A program made the position numbers and the translations under genes. Below, in pieces: positions 37,731 through 49,595 of a stretch of DNA of 64,000 bases. The notes under the pieces were generated by a model. It saw only the letters and a program-made list of their open reading frames with translations. It was not told the origin of the DNA and made no database searches. Source of the stretch: Pseudovirgaria hyperparasitica. Its lineage: Eukaryota. Numbering within the stretch: position 1 is the first letter of the stretch; each line of letters begins with the position of its first letter. The stretch lies in the NCBI GenBank assembly GCA_010093815.1, contig ML996590.1; one strand, written 5' to 3'.

Positions 37731-37990
37731 TGTTGGAAATCGTGGGAAGAGCGTTCATTGATTGATTGCTCTTCCTTTCGAGGAGAAGTTGGCTTATTTA
37801 ATAGACATGATCCCAGGTTCTTAGGCCTCAATCCAACTCTCAAGTCTTATCCGCCGATATGCAGTTATCAGCTTGCTTACATGATATAATGTGGTCGAAG
37901 ATTGATCGGCCAACATCTTCATGCCTTATATTTGGGCTGGTATTCTGACAATTGTGCGCCGCAGCTGGTAACTTCAGACAAATTCAATCC
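37731..37990 (+). repeat. LTR-like repeat, copy 3
   Basis: Full-length match to 14615-14877. Confidence 0.8.
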
Positions 37991-38566
37991 GCCTATTTAG
38001 AACAATGGTGCTCTGAGTAGAGTTCATTCATCAATCTTCCAATGTAGTATCTAACAGTACCTCATCTTCGGCACGCAAGTATGCGTACTATTCTACTTGC
38101 AATCGATACTTCTCCACAATCTACTACATCATCAATGCAGCGGTCGCGTGGGTAGTAGATCCATCCACTTGCAATTGATGTTTTGTTGCCCCAAATCTAG
38201 GAATAATATACAGAATGATCGTACTGTTGTATTTGCTACGCATTCTTCCTCTGCACGAGGGGAGACTACTCCGTTTGCCTCTCCACCGACTCTTCTCCGC
38301 CCTCCAATTCCTGGTGCGCTCGCGCTCTCGTTCGGCATATCTTTCATCATCTTTGCCGCTTTGTGTTAGCAGATTTGTCAGAACATTGGTGGCAAGGGAG
38401 GAGAAGCTGGTGGTACCCTCAGAGATGTCGTTACATGGCTCGAACGGGGGGTGCTTGGGGGGCATGCCAGGCCTATTCAGAGTTGAATAGCATCAAAACT
38501 GGCCTGGATGCTTCCATATTCCCGGGATTGGCGCAAAACGACCGATGCAATGTGTGAGCTGCCGTA

Positions 38567-40405
38567 TGATTGACGGAGTTAGGGGTATGGCTGGAGGTTT
38601 TCGTCCTTGAATGTGTGGGATTCCTATTAGGTAATCCCCATTACTCAAATCTTACTCAGCGTTAGGCTAGTATATATAGTATGTAGACAGACTAGATAGG
38701 AACGTCAATCAAATTTGCCACGTCAAATCTACCTAAGTTCCCACATCTGGTAGCTGAAGCTGGTTTTTGTCCTCCTAGGAAGGCCGTCACCTCGGCGATG
38801 CTTCCTAAGGGGTAGCTATATCTCCCCTTACACAAAGGAACTTGTCAAAAGCATTTGACACTCACGATATCTGAACACCTTCGCCAAAACCAACGACAAA
38901 GGAACCTGTAGCCCAACAGGAAAAACACTACCACGAAGGGACACACCACAGTCCCGGAAAAAGAAATTACGGCAACAAACTTTGACGACTACCCGTCCCA
39001 ATAGTCTCAACGGATAGTGGCATATCACAAGACAAGCAAAGACCAAGGAAACGAAAATTCTTCATTGACGCTCCCCGTACCCGCAATGGACCTCCCAGCC
39101 ACTTGTCAATATAAGTTGACGACCTAACTCCAACTCGGAAGATAATCACCACCTCAGAACTCCCCTTTCCCTAACAAGTTATACCGAGATGTCTCTTCCC
39201 CAGAACCCCGATCGCGACGGCGACGTCCCTATGGACGGAGCAACCGCTCCCCAAAGTACGGGACGCGCCCGTAACGCTCCGTCAATGAATGTTGACGTGC
39301 TTACCGCACTTCTCAGTGCTGATCCGGCCACGAGAGACCTCACTGGAGACGCTCGTACGATGGCACTTATTAACATATGTACCAACCGACTCGAGTCTTC
39401 CCTACGTGCCTTCGGCCAGTCAACAGTGTTTACCAAGATGGACTTAACCACAGGATTCTGGCAAGTACGTATTAACAATGAAGACGTCCCGAAAACCGCT
39501 TTCAACACGGTCTACGGCAAATACGAGTTTAAGGTAATGCCGTTCGGTCTGTCAAGCGCACCTGCCACATTCCAAAAGATGATGAACAGAGTCCTTCAAC
39601 CTCTATTACACAAATCCGTGGTTGTGTACTTGGACGATATCATTATCTTTTCCGAAACCATGGAAGAACATGTGAGAGTGCTGTCAAAAGTACTTGTCTT
39701 ACTCCGCGAATATCGTTTGCTTGCCAATCCGGAGAAATTTAGCTTCGGCCAGGCTGAAGTTGACTTCTGCGGACACCACGTCTCGCAAGGACAACTTCGT
39801 CCTATGAAAGATAAGTTTCAGGCTATCCGCGAATGGCCGGAACCCACGAACGTTAGCGAAGTTCGACAGTTCCTTGGCCTAGCAAACTACTACCGAAGGT
39901 ACATTAGGGGATTTACAAGCATCGCAGCACCTTTGACAGACCTTCTCAAAGAAGCAGACCCGCTCATCCGAAAGCAGAAGTACAGGCCCATCAGATGGAC
40001 GCTGTCAACAGCGTTTGCCTTCAAAACCCTTAAGAATGCCCTATGTTCTGAGCCAGTCCTTGCTCAGCCAGAAGAAACGAAACCCTTCTGCATTGAAACG
40101 GACGCAAGCAACTACGCGATCGGCATGGTGATCTGCCAAGAAGATGCCGACAGCCAATCGCGTTTGACGGGAGAAATCTCAATGGCGCCGAGCTCAATTA
40201 CCCAGTACACGAAAAAGAACTTCTTGCCTTCAAACACGCCCTACGAACTTGGGGATACTTGCTAGGAACGAAGAAGACCACGATCCTCACCGATCACCAC
40301 AGCCTACAGTTCCTTAAGACCGCCAAGGACAAGGAGGCCGTGTATCCAAGGCAGTAGTACCTAACGCGATCAGTAGGAGGCCAGACTTTCAAGGCGAGAT
40401 CTCCG
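38567..40405 (+). mobile_element. Ty3/Gypsy LTR retrotransposon, internally deleted (5' LTR, PBS, gag start fused to RT-RNase H)
   Basis: LTR-like region ending CA at 38745, then TGGTAGCTGAAGC (PBS-like, 38748); ORF 39189-40265 with FTKMDL, KTAF, MPFGL, YLDD, FLGLANYYR and ETDAS; no protease, integrase or 3' LTR. Confidence 0.9.
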
Positions 40406-40432
40406 CAATGCCGTCAACTAAGGTTGACGAAC

Positions 40433-40733
40433 TTCCTTGCGAGGGTTAAGGGCACCCCTAATCGGATTATCTCCATGCGAAACTGCACCCAATGCAAGGA
40501 CGAGCATGATGATTGCATTTGGTATGGTCCTTTTTGCCTTTAGAGGCTGAACATGGCTTCGTGCAGGCCGTGCGTAGATCGGGACTGTGGGCTTGCCCTC
40601 GTCAACATCCGTTCTCTGTCTTTTCTTCGGTCGACGATGGTCTAAGGGGTTCTCGGGAACAGGGAGTGGAGATTTTGTACTGGCCAGAGGGTTCATTCTG
40701 TCGATGAATACGTCCACTTGTTTCTTCAGCCGC
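40433..40733 (-). pseudogene. Fragment of the same C6 transcription factor family as 9076-11995
   Basis: RLKKQVDVFIDRMNPLASTKSPLP...KRQRTDVDEG...AIIMLVLALGAV aligns with 10683-10985. Confidence 0.85.
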
Positions 40734-40994
40734 CCTAAGAGGGGAACGAGGTTGGGGCGTGCATTAAGACTGCGCGGTGCAGGTGTTCGGAATGTATGAC
40801 ACCTCATCATCCCTTAGGAGATAGACAGGGGCGCAACATGTGCACTGTGCAGCGTCTTGAGCGCCCTTCCACATTACGGCTATTTTTAGTACCAGGAAGA
40901 AACATGGGCCGGACCACAACCAGTGCAGTGTATTTATGTCTGCTATCATTATGAGACACGAACGATCCTGCGAACAACAGTATCGCCCTGAAAG

Positions 40995-41264
40995 ATGCTG
41001 CGGAAAGCAACAGACATCGAGCGCATCATCTCCGAGATAGACTCCTGTCGAGAACAGCTGCATACGACGACCCTAGAGAGGCTGGTAGAGGAAAACATGA
41101 ACTTGGCGCAGCAGATCCGCATGTATCGTACGTATTGCGACTCGATCCAGCGAGCATCAGACATTGCAGTAGCTAGCATGGAACGATTGCAGAACGCTCA
41201 CAGCTACTGCGGAGAACGGACTCGAATTCCTCGGCGTGAATCCATTAGATTTAGCTGGATATAA
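40995..41264 (+). CDS. Short coiled-coil hypothetical protein
   Basis: ATG-started 89-aa ORF with heptad pattern (LERLVEENMNLAQQIRMY). Confidence 0.4.
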   Translation: MLRKATDIERIISEIDSCREQLHTTTLERLVEENMNLAQQIRMYRTYCDSIQRASDIAVASMERLQNAHSYCGERTRIPRRESIRFSWI

Positions 41265-41540
41265 ATAAAAATCCATGTTACTGCCTGCCTTTAGTAAGTG
41301 CTAAAATGGAGAAGCAGCTTAACCAGACAGAAGACTAACCAAGGCGAGAAAAGAATACATGTGGTGTCAGATCGTTGTTAGCAGGCATGATCATGGGAAG
41401 TGAGCATTCTTTCCATGCCAATGGACTCAACTTTTTATTAGACTGCCAAATATTACTAAAAGATTGACTAAAAGATAATCCCTTACGGAATTAAACTTGT
41501 AGCATAGAAAATTTACCTTAAAAGTATCGAAACTCATATG

Positions 41541-41604
41541 CTGAGCCATGCCCTTACTGAGCCATGCCCTTACTGAGCCATGCCCTTACTGAGCCATGAT
41601 CTTA
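41541..41604 (+). repeat. 16-bp tandem repeat CTGAGCCATGCCCTTA x4
   Basis: Directly visible; shares the core TTACTGAGCC with 51834-51916. Confidence 0.9.
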
Positions 41605-42516
41605 CCGAGGCGTAGTCTTAGTTTACTAAAAATAGCCAACGAAGCAGTCTCTATCCAGCCTGGTCGGTCTATGTCGAATCCTCACTTTCGGTTGGAATGA
41701 TACTACTTTTAGATTGCGCGATTGTATCTAAGCAATCGTCGTGCTGAGCTTTGAAGTAGGTTGAACATATAACCACACTCTTCTCGATACCAGTCCGCAA
41801 GCATGTGTCCTGTCGTCTGGATCTCCCCAACAACTCCTTCTCGTCGTGGGAGTAAGTGGAGAAGTTGTTTCGAGAGTCTTCGGTCCCACATATTTGGTCG
41901 TCACAGGCCTGCCGACCACGACAGCTGCGAATCGCTCCTAGAGCCACCAACATTTGAGACTGCGAGCATCGCCCGCCAATACAACAGAGCTCTCAAGGTA
42001 GACACCCGGATCAATCGCAAGGCTGTGGCAGATCAAGATGAAGAACACGGTATGGGCAGACACTATCAAATATGAGGAGAGCTTCAAAAGTGAGGTCACT
42101 CTGACCGCCTTGCACTCTTTCACGCTGCGATAAGAACGGGGAGCATCAGTATGGTGTAGACAGAGTACATTTTGCTCACACAGGTATCCTGTTCGAGCTA
42201 ACACACATTCTTTTGAAGCTTGACATTAGAGGCCGAGTTATACACGTGTGACTTGTCGATACATGATACTATTCCTCATCGTATGCTCAGGAGCCTCCAT
42301 ACTTAGACACACGTCATAATGACTGTGTTCTTCAGAGGTCTGTCTCTTGATGGAAGAGAGCGAGCCTATTGACCTGGCGTTTTCGCTGGGCCACTTGGCC
42401 TCGCGGGTGATTCTGCAAGAGCTTTTGCGTGACATACGATCCACGTAATGAACCAGTCTTGGCACATTGAATGAATAGCACACCCTAGACGTACATTTGC
42501 CACAACGAGGATAGCT

Positions 42517-43002
42517 CTACAAAAATCCACCAAGTGTGAGCGACGTAGGTCGAGAAGTAGGTTTTGACCTAAGGCGTGGCGGCTCCGGCAAAAACGACTT
42601 GGCCATTTTTGCTATAGCCCGACTCTTCCTCCTAATCATAACCTTCTCGTTGCTAAGTCGAGGTGGGGTTGCAAAGCTGGCTCTCGCGAGCTTGGTGCCG
42701 GCGCTGGCTGTCTCCAGGTCTTCCAGGAGGACATTTCTTGCAGTTGGGCGCAGAAGCTAGATATGTTGCATTAGTCGACTCTATTAGATTAAGAACGCTC
42801 AAACACGACTTACCAAGGTCTCTAAGTCTGCCGGAGGAAAGTCTCTCCGCGAGCGGTAGCTATAGAGCTCTTTAGTGGTTGGGCTCATCACGAACAGCGC
42901 TACGTCGCTACCAAGTTTGGCATACGCGTGGACTTTGCTTTCCAGGCCATGAAGTCTTCTTCTTAGCTGCTTTTTGGGGTTCTTCACGTCTTTCAGGGCC
43001 AT
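42517..43002 (-). CDS. Divergent MADS-box (SRF-TF)-like protein, 2 exons (43002-42814, 42756-42517), 142 aa
   Basis: LRRRLHGLESKVHAYAKLGSDVALFVMS...LYSYRS...FPP follows the RR.GL.KKA.E...DVAL pattern; intron GTAAGT..CTAAT..TAG gives an open frame to TAG. Confidence 0.7.
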
Positions 43003-43409
43003 GTTTGCATCTGTTACCCGGCTCGAAGTGGGCAGCGTTCGCTTTTTAGTCCAAGGGGACGTCTAAATATATCGACTGCGGTCCTAATATCGGCCTGTAA
43101 GGTACTGCTTCGCCCCCCGCCCCGCCGCTCTTTATCCTGCGCATGAGGTAGCCCTCGCTCTAAAAATAGTATAGATATGTACAGCCCAACGTTACTCTTC
43201 CTTATAAAATTGATAGAAGCAACACCAACCACTCCGTATGGGATGTTCTAACATGCCGCAAGATGTCTCAATACTGTTCGGCCCGCTCTTTCTATGTTCT
43301 GTGTTCGATTGTATGGTATATTCTTCTCTATTTCTCTTACTGCTTCTCCAGTGTGGAATGGCTCTCATCCTTCGATTCCGACACGCAGCGACCAGTCAGC
43401 TGAAAAAGG

Positions 43410-44965
43410 TGCAGCCAATGCTTAATATGTCACTTAATATTATTACACCTGTGAAGACACGATGGAATAGCCATATCTCCGCGATTAAGAGAGCAATTGA
43501 GCTTAGAGAAGCCCTCCACCAATTCTCCCAGTACTATATTACCCAGGTTGTACAACGTGAGAGAGCAAAAGAGGTGGAGATGAAGCGTAAGGAAGCTACG
43601 CGCGTTAGGATAGCCCGTGAGAGAAACAAGTACACTCAATCAAGCTACCAACCTGGTGGTTCAAGGAAGCGTTCAAGACGCGCGCTCGAGACTTAGGCTG
43701 CTGATGAAGATGAGGTGATGACAATTGAGTCTATAACTCCACTAGTCAAGACTCATACGAAGAGAGTCAATACTCGGAATCAGGAGCCTCTATTTATCCA
43801 GACTAGTAACCTTACTAACTACGACAAGGACGTCATAGGATAATATCTCGAGTTACTTCTACCACTCCGAGTTACTACTCGTCGCCTAGAGGGTCGTAAG
43901 CCTAATAGTAAGTTCGGGGCTATCTAGCAAGTTATCCCTATTATTACCTATCTGATGGAGCACTTTGAGAGGCTCAAAATACGGCATATGGTACCTAATT
44001 CGGTAAATGAAGACGAGATAACAGCGGAGACGCTCGCTGACGGTGATCACATGATTATTACTATCAATAATGGTTGGTCAAAGATGAACAAATACTTCAT
44101 CGCACTCAACGAGTCTCCTGCGTACTACGCCGCTATAAACCTTCATCCAAACCTTAAAACGTTCTGTCGAAGCGCGTGGGACGACTACGAGGACTCCGAG
44201 TCTATCTTCAGGCAATACTAGTAGTAGCACAAGAAACAGATAGGCGAAGAGATGTCTATACAGACTTCGACGACGACGAATACAATATCAAGAGTGGTAT
44301 ATCCCGACTCTACTACCACGGATATCGATAGTTTCATTTCTTAGCACTCTGAACTACCAGAAGAAGTACAATATAAAGTCATTAAGGATGAGCTTATCCG
44401 CTAGCGACGTGAACCTCCCGTCGGCCACGATAGCAAATAGGCTAACGCGCCAATAGCCTTCTGGATAGCTCGTTAGGATGACTATCCTTAACTTAGTTAA
44501 CTAGCGATAGACGTCTTGAGTATCCCAGCCTTAAGTTACGAGTGTGAGCGTGCTTTTAGTAAGGCTAGAGATATAATTACTACTCGCCGAGCAAAGCTTC
44601 ATCCTATAATAGTTCGGCTAGCACTCTGCTTAAAGTCGTGGGTAGGTAAAGGACTTATTAATTTATAGTCTACCTGAGTCATAAGGCCAATAATGTAAAA
44701 GTCACGGATTTGGGCTATTTCCTCGGATTTTGACTCAAAGTCGTATATGAGCGACTATATATACCATTCTAATAGACATATTCATCTCTCGGTCTCCCTA
44801 TCTCCTTCCTATTCGGGTAATTATTATACACTTAACTTAATTTAACACAAGCAATCTCAATCCCTTGGCGTAGATTCCAAGCTCAATCCGTACTTTTAGG
44901 GTGACTAATCATACAATCCTAATCTAGGACCTCAGATTGTATCCGATTGTAGATGGTCATGTCTG
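43410..44965 (+). mobile_element. hAT transposon, 3' half, RIP-like mutated
   Basis: PVKTRWNS, AYYAAINLHP and dimerisation domain FWIAR*DDYP*LS*LAIDVLSIPALSYECERAFS...CLKSW; many TAA/TAG stops; ends ...GTCATGTCTG. Confidence 0.9.
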
Positions 44966-45560
44966 TGGGTGGGCTTGGCTGCGATACGTTTGCCCTGGAA
45001 GACAACCAAGGAGCAGATACCTTTCAATCCGGCTCCATGACTTTCGGAATGAAGAACACGTTAGACGTCCCTCAGAGCTTCTCTGTGCCGGATGGTGGTC
45101 GCTGCGGCCCTGGTACTGGAGCCAAATGTAGTCCGGGCTTCTGCTGCTCCAGCGAGGGCTGGTGGTGTGTACGACGCCGTTTTTAATGCTCTAGAGAACT
45201 AACTCAAGTTCTAGTGGCGACACTCCCGAGCACTGTGGCTATGGTAGATGCAATCCTCCATATAGCGGCTCCGACAGCTGCCAAGGTCCTGACCTCTGGA
45301 AATCCTGGAAAGCCGCGCTCGCGGATCCTATAGACGACAGTCATGCTGGTGGATACACCTACTTTGATCCGACTGATGCTCTATTCTGGACGTGGGACCC
45401 AATAAAGTATGTGCAGCTAAAGATAGATCTCATAGTAAAAGACAAATGCTTAGGTGGCGCGATGGCGTGGAGTTTTGGAGAAGAGAATGCAAGTCTACCG
45501 GACCATATCTCGGCCCTAAGCACGGGAATTCAAACCATCGATCTAACAGGCTGCAAACGA
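44966..45560 (+). pseudogene. GH18 chitinase C-terminal part with inserted hevein/CBM18 domain, 5'-truncated
   Basis: RCGPGTGAKCSPGFCCSSEGW|CGDTPEHC (hevein), then YFDPTDALFWTWD and LGGAMAWSFGEE (GH18 end); no DxDxE catalytic region. Confidence 0.8.
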
Positions 45561-46247
45561 CTGACGATCGCCTTCCCCGTCGAAAGAGTCCCCGCCAGAT
45601 GGTGGAATCGTAAACTTGGTGGTTACCCTAACAGCAGATTTTACGCCGCCTCCTGTAGTCACGATCGTAACTTTGCATCGTTGGGCCCTGATTCCCCCAG
45701 ACATTATTGAAAGTCACATGGAATAGAAATGACGTGTTTTGATAGCTAGATCTTGGCGTGTGCGGAGCAAGCTACTCATAGGCCCATCAGAAGCGGCTTG
45801 CAGCTAATACATGCGGATGCTCTCGAATGAGAAAACCCCGCAGATTCGCGGTACTTGTCTGCAGTATTCTATCCTCGTATCTGTATCCAGTCAAAAATCA
45901 GGCAGTTACTGACAAGGACCCTCACCGCTATTGTTGGTTCCTATTACGAATTCCATGAACTATATATGTTGCCTGCTGACTTTAGTATGAACATTGTCCA
46001 AGCCATATCCCAAACTACAATTTTTGTTCTTGGAGGTTGTCTAGCATAGATCATTGGCTACGACAAATAGCTCTAATCAATCAATTATCGGCACTTTGAT
46101 ACATTCTTCGAACTTTTGCTACTCAAGAGCATTCCTATTAATGTGGAGTGGTTTTGGTCAGTTGGATCTCAAGAAGTGTGATCTCTTTCGCTCACAGGGA
46201 TATCTCGAAGCCTTGTCCATCGACGCTCTCCATTTTTTAACTCTATT

Positions 46248-46844
46248 ATGCTTCAATCACGCGACAATACCTCCGACTCAGCAAAGATAGGCGTCATAAT
46301 TACTTTCAGTCTTGTCTTCGGCATACTGATTTTGGTGTTATGCTGCGTATCTCAAAAATCTAAAAATGTGTACCACTCGGATGTTGAAAGCATCTCAATC
46401 ATTCCGATGAGGAGACTCCGTATAATTCGCGGCGCAGCTGGCGCTGATGGGGCCCCTGGTCCTCCAGGACCTCAGGCTAGACCTGGCACATGTGGTCCAC
46501 AAGGGATACCTGGACCTCAGGGAGTACCCGGACCTAATGGAATGCCTGGACCTCAAGGAATGCTTGGACCTCAGGGGGTACCCGGAGCTCAAGGGATATC
46601 TGGGCGTCAAGGACCAGCTGGCGAGCGTGGTGAAACGGGATCGCCAGGACGTGACGGCTTAGCAGGTAGGTCCGGGTCGCCCGGTCTAGAGGGTCAAAGG
46701 GGTAGAGATGGCAGAGATGGCAAAGACGGTAGAGATGGTAGAGATGGAAGGGATGGCATACCTGGTGCACAAGATGAACAGGGACCCCAGGGTACACAGG
46801 GACTTCCAGGAGAGCCAACTTCTCCTCCTCAAGTTCCTGCTTAG
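46248..46844 (+). CDS. Collagen-like protein with N-terminal transmembrane helix
   Basis: [20 protein letters not shown], then 43 consecutive triplets of which 41 are Gly-X-Y. Confidence 0.85.
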   Translation: MLQSRDNTSDSAKIGVIITFSLVFGILILVLCCVSQKSKNVYHSDVESISIIPMRRLRIIRGAAGADGAPGPPGPQARPGTCGPQGIPGPQGVPGPNGMPGPQGMLGPQGVPGAQGISGRQGPAGERGETGSPGRDGLAGRSGSPGLEGQRGRDGRDGKDGRDGRDGRDGIPGAQDEQGPQGTQGLPGEPTSPPQVPA

Positions 46845-48599
46845 ATCCGCAGATTGGGACGCGTATTGGGCGGGGTCAACAGAGCGTTAATGTAATTTTG
46901 ACAGGCTAAGTTGCGAGCAGGCTGCATGTAGAGTACCACAAATGACGAAGACACCTGTATATGCGGTTATGCAGTTGCCTCACTTCCAAATCTCAAGCGC
47001 CGTGGGGAAATGCCCACCTTGACGGGAAATGATGCTACCTAATCATGCATCAAAGAGATGACGTGGCATCTGACAGTACGTCAATTCAATTGTCTGGGCG
47101 AAGAGAACAATAGATCACCTTACAAGCGAACATCCGCGCCATTTCCGTCGATCTTGAAATCGTATATTGTTGTTCGTCAAATTGCAGGGCGAGCGCATGA
47201 TAGTGGATTGGGTTTGATAAAGATTTAAGCTTGATCTAGTTCATATCCTGTACCATATCAATGGCTCCAGAGACTATAGCGGTGTGGGAGATGGATCACA
47301 GCCGTTCTTGAGCTCGACGAGGCCGAGAGGACCAGTGATACTTGATGTTGGCCTTCAATGACGAGGAGTTCCTCCACTTGCTCATCCACATCCCACACGG
47401 TTTGTGCCCCCACTTTCGATGATAGGCGCCTTTGCCTTCACACGAAGAACAGTAAACCTGCTACTGCTTGATGTGCCCATGTGACAGGTATGCATCCACA
47501 TTCAGCCCAAGCTATGTTCCCGAGCCTATTCGCCACAGAATCACAGCATCTCGCATCCGCCCCTGATCCTTACCATCTCTTGAACCAAATTTTGTACGTA
47601 ATGGCAATACGATGCTCACAACCTCGGATACATGGAAGAATGGAGTGCAGATGAACATTGCCGCCAGCGAAGGTTGGAGGTGGAAGCTCTCATCTTGCAT
47701 TTTCTCAGTGGTCGCATTATTTGGAAAGCCGTCATGGGCGAAGCATCGATAAGAAAGTGAGGAGGACGTCGTATTTGCTGGCAAAGAGTTGTCGATCATA
47801 TTCGTCAGAGGATGGCCTGTAATTATTCATCAGGCTGAGCTGAAAGAGGTGTTAAGACGTGCACTGCCAAGAGGAAAGACGGGAAATATGGTTGCTAGCG
47901 ACACATCTCAACAGACTGCACTGAGTAAACATCGCAGCTGCTGATTGGTGGTTACCAGTTCCGTGCAGGTTGTAGTAAGCTAAGCTGTGGTAGATTTAAA
48001 GAGGTGGGCTGGCAATGTAAGGGACCAGCTGAGGTGGAGTAAGGCAATGGTGAAGTAGCCTTGCGTAGGTACCTTACCATGTTTAATGGGACACGTAAGC
48101 ATCTCAAGAATATAAGCGGAGGCGATGGACCGCACTCGCAGACAAATTATGCTTATAAAATATAGAATTCTTCTGATAAGGTAGAGGAAAGAGAGCCTTT
48201 GCGGGACGATTGTCTCATGTCTTTCTTTGTAAGGGAACGACTGGCCGTGCCGATGCGCTGTATCTTCTGACTGCAGGCTCTAGCGCGTGCAAATAATGGA
48301 CCTCCCGCTCCCCCGCTCCCCCGCTGCCTCGATATCACGTACATGAATGGTCTTAACTCTGCATCAGCTGGATGGAAGGAGGCGCTTCCTAATTGATCGC
48401 GTAAATAGGCCCTTTATTCTACTGAAAGTCAATATCTGTTTTCCAGCCAGTCCTCATAACCCTTTGGCAGTCTCCTCCTGTGACGTCTTGGCCACCTTTC
48501 TACATCCCACCACTGTGATTTACTGGAAAGAAATTCGCTATTCGACAAAAGTGAGAAGGTACTTTGCGAGTCTACAATATAACAGAACAAAAAAGGGCG

Positions 48600-49595
48600 A
48601 TGACATTTCCCAATAATTATTCATATGATCACCAAATTCCCCCAGTTTTAACTGATCCGCGATGCATTGCTCCAGTCAAAGGGCCGAAGCGTTGTGGCGG
48701 CAATATCAGCACGAATGATCTTGAAGAAAGCCAGAAGCTAGGCAAAGTGATCGAGACTATGGGTCAGGATAAGAGAAAATCCGTTCTGAAAGATATCATT
48801 CTGCTTCATGTTTGTAAAAACACCCATCGCCAGAAACTTGAAGAAGAGAGCGAATGTTTGGGCAGACTCGTACAGAAATACGATGCGTCACTCCTACCAG
48901 AACTTTCAGGCCCAAAGTCGCTCATCAAAGAATCTATCGTAACCGATCCTCAACTATTTATACCACGGTTCGGTCCATGTTCGTCAGATCTATCAAATAC
49001 GGTCAAAGAAGTTCTTCGGAAGCAGATAAATCCAAATCAGGCTAAGTCAGGAACGGTCTATGTGTTTGCTTGCCCATCTGCTCCGGGATATGTGAAGATC
49101 GGATATGTCAAAGAATCTATAAAGAAAAGAATGGCAAAGTGGAATAAATGCCATCCTCAGGCTAGCCTACTGTATGAAGAAGCTTTCGCATTCCCAGAGC
49201 GTATGGAGAAGTTGATCCATCTCGAGCTGGCTTCTCAAAGACGTTGTCTCCTAGGATGCAAATCGTGCGGAAAAGATCATATCGAATGGTTTCAAGTATC
49301 AATCGAGGAGGTTCGTCGGTTGATTCAAGACTGGAAGTTGATCACACAAGAATCTGAACTGTACAGTCGTGATGGGCGCTTGTCGAGCTATTGGATCGAA
49401 AGGCTTGCGGTTAGTGGTAAGTTTATAACTGCCAAAGGACTTTTGCGCGTTTCAAAAATAGATTTGATGACGTCGAACCCTGTGCTGGCCTATTTTGAAG
49501 ACTCTGCCATCTTCGATACCTGGCAAAGTCCTGACTCGAGGAAGAATGAAGATATCTTGGCAGAATCATTCGCGAAGCTGGGACTTGCAGGCTAA
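48600..49595 (+). CDS. T5orf172/MUG113 (GIY-YIG superfamily) domain protein
   Basis: GTVYVF...GYVKIGY...KRMAKW..C...ERMEKLIHLEL...CKSCGKDHIEWF; N-terminal CIA....RC..N motif; intact single ORF. Confidence 0.85.
   Translation: MTFPNNYSYDHQIPPVLTDPRCIAPVKGPKRCGGNISTNDLEESQKLGKVIETMGQDKRKSVLKDIILLHVCKNTHRQKLEEESECLGRLVQKYDASLLPELSGPKSLIKESIVTDPQLFIPRFGPCSSDLSNTVKEVLRKQINPNQAKSGTVYVFACPSAPGYVKIGYVKESIKKRMAKWNKCHPQASLLYEEAFAFPERMEKLIHLELASQRRCLLGCKSCGKDHIEWFQVSIEEVRRLIQDWKLITQESELYSRDGRLSSYWIERLAVSGKFITAKGLLRVSKIDLMTSNPVLAYFEDSAIFDTWQSPDSRKNEDILAESFAKLGLAG

Noticed and set aside
47100..47830. Possible minus-strand gene
   Set aside because: Frames are interrupted and I could not assign a family.
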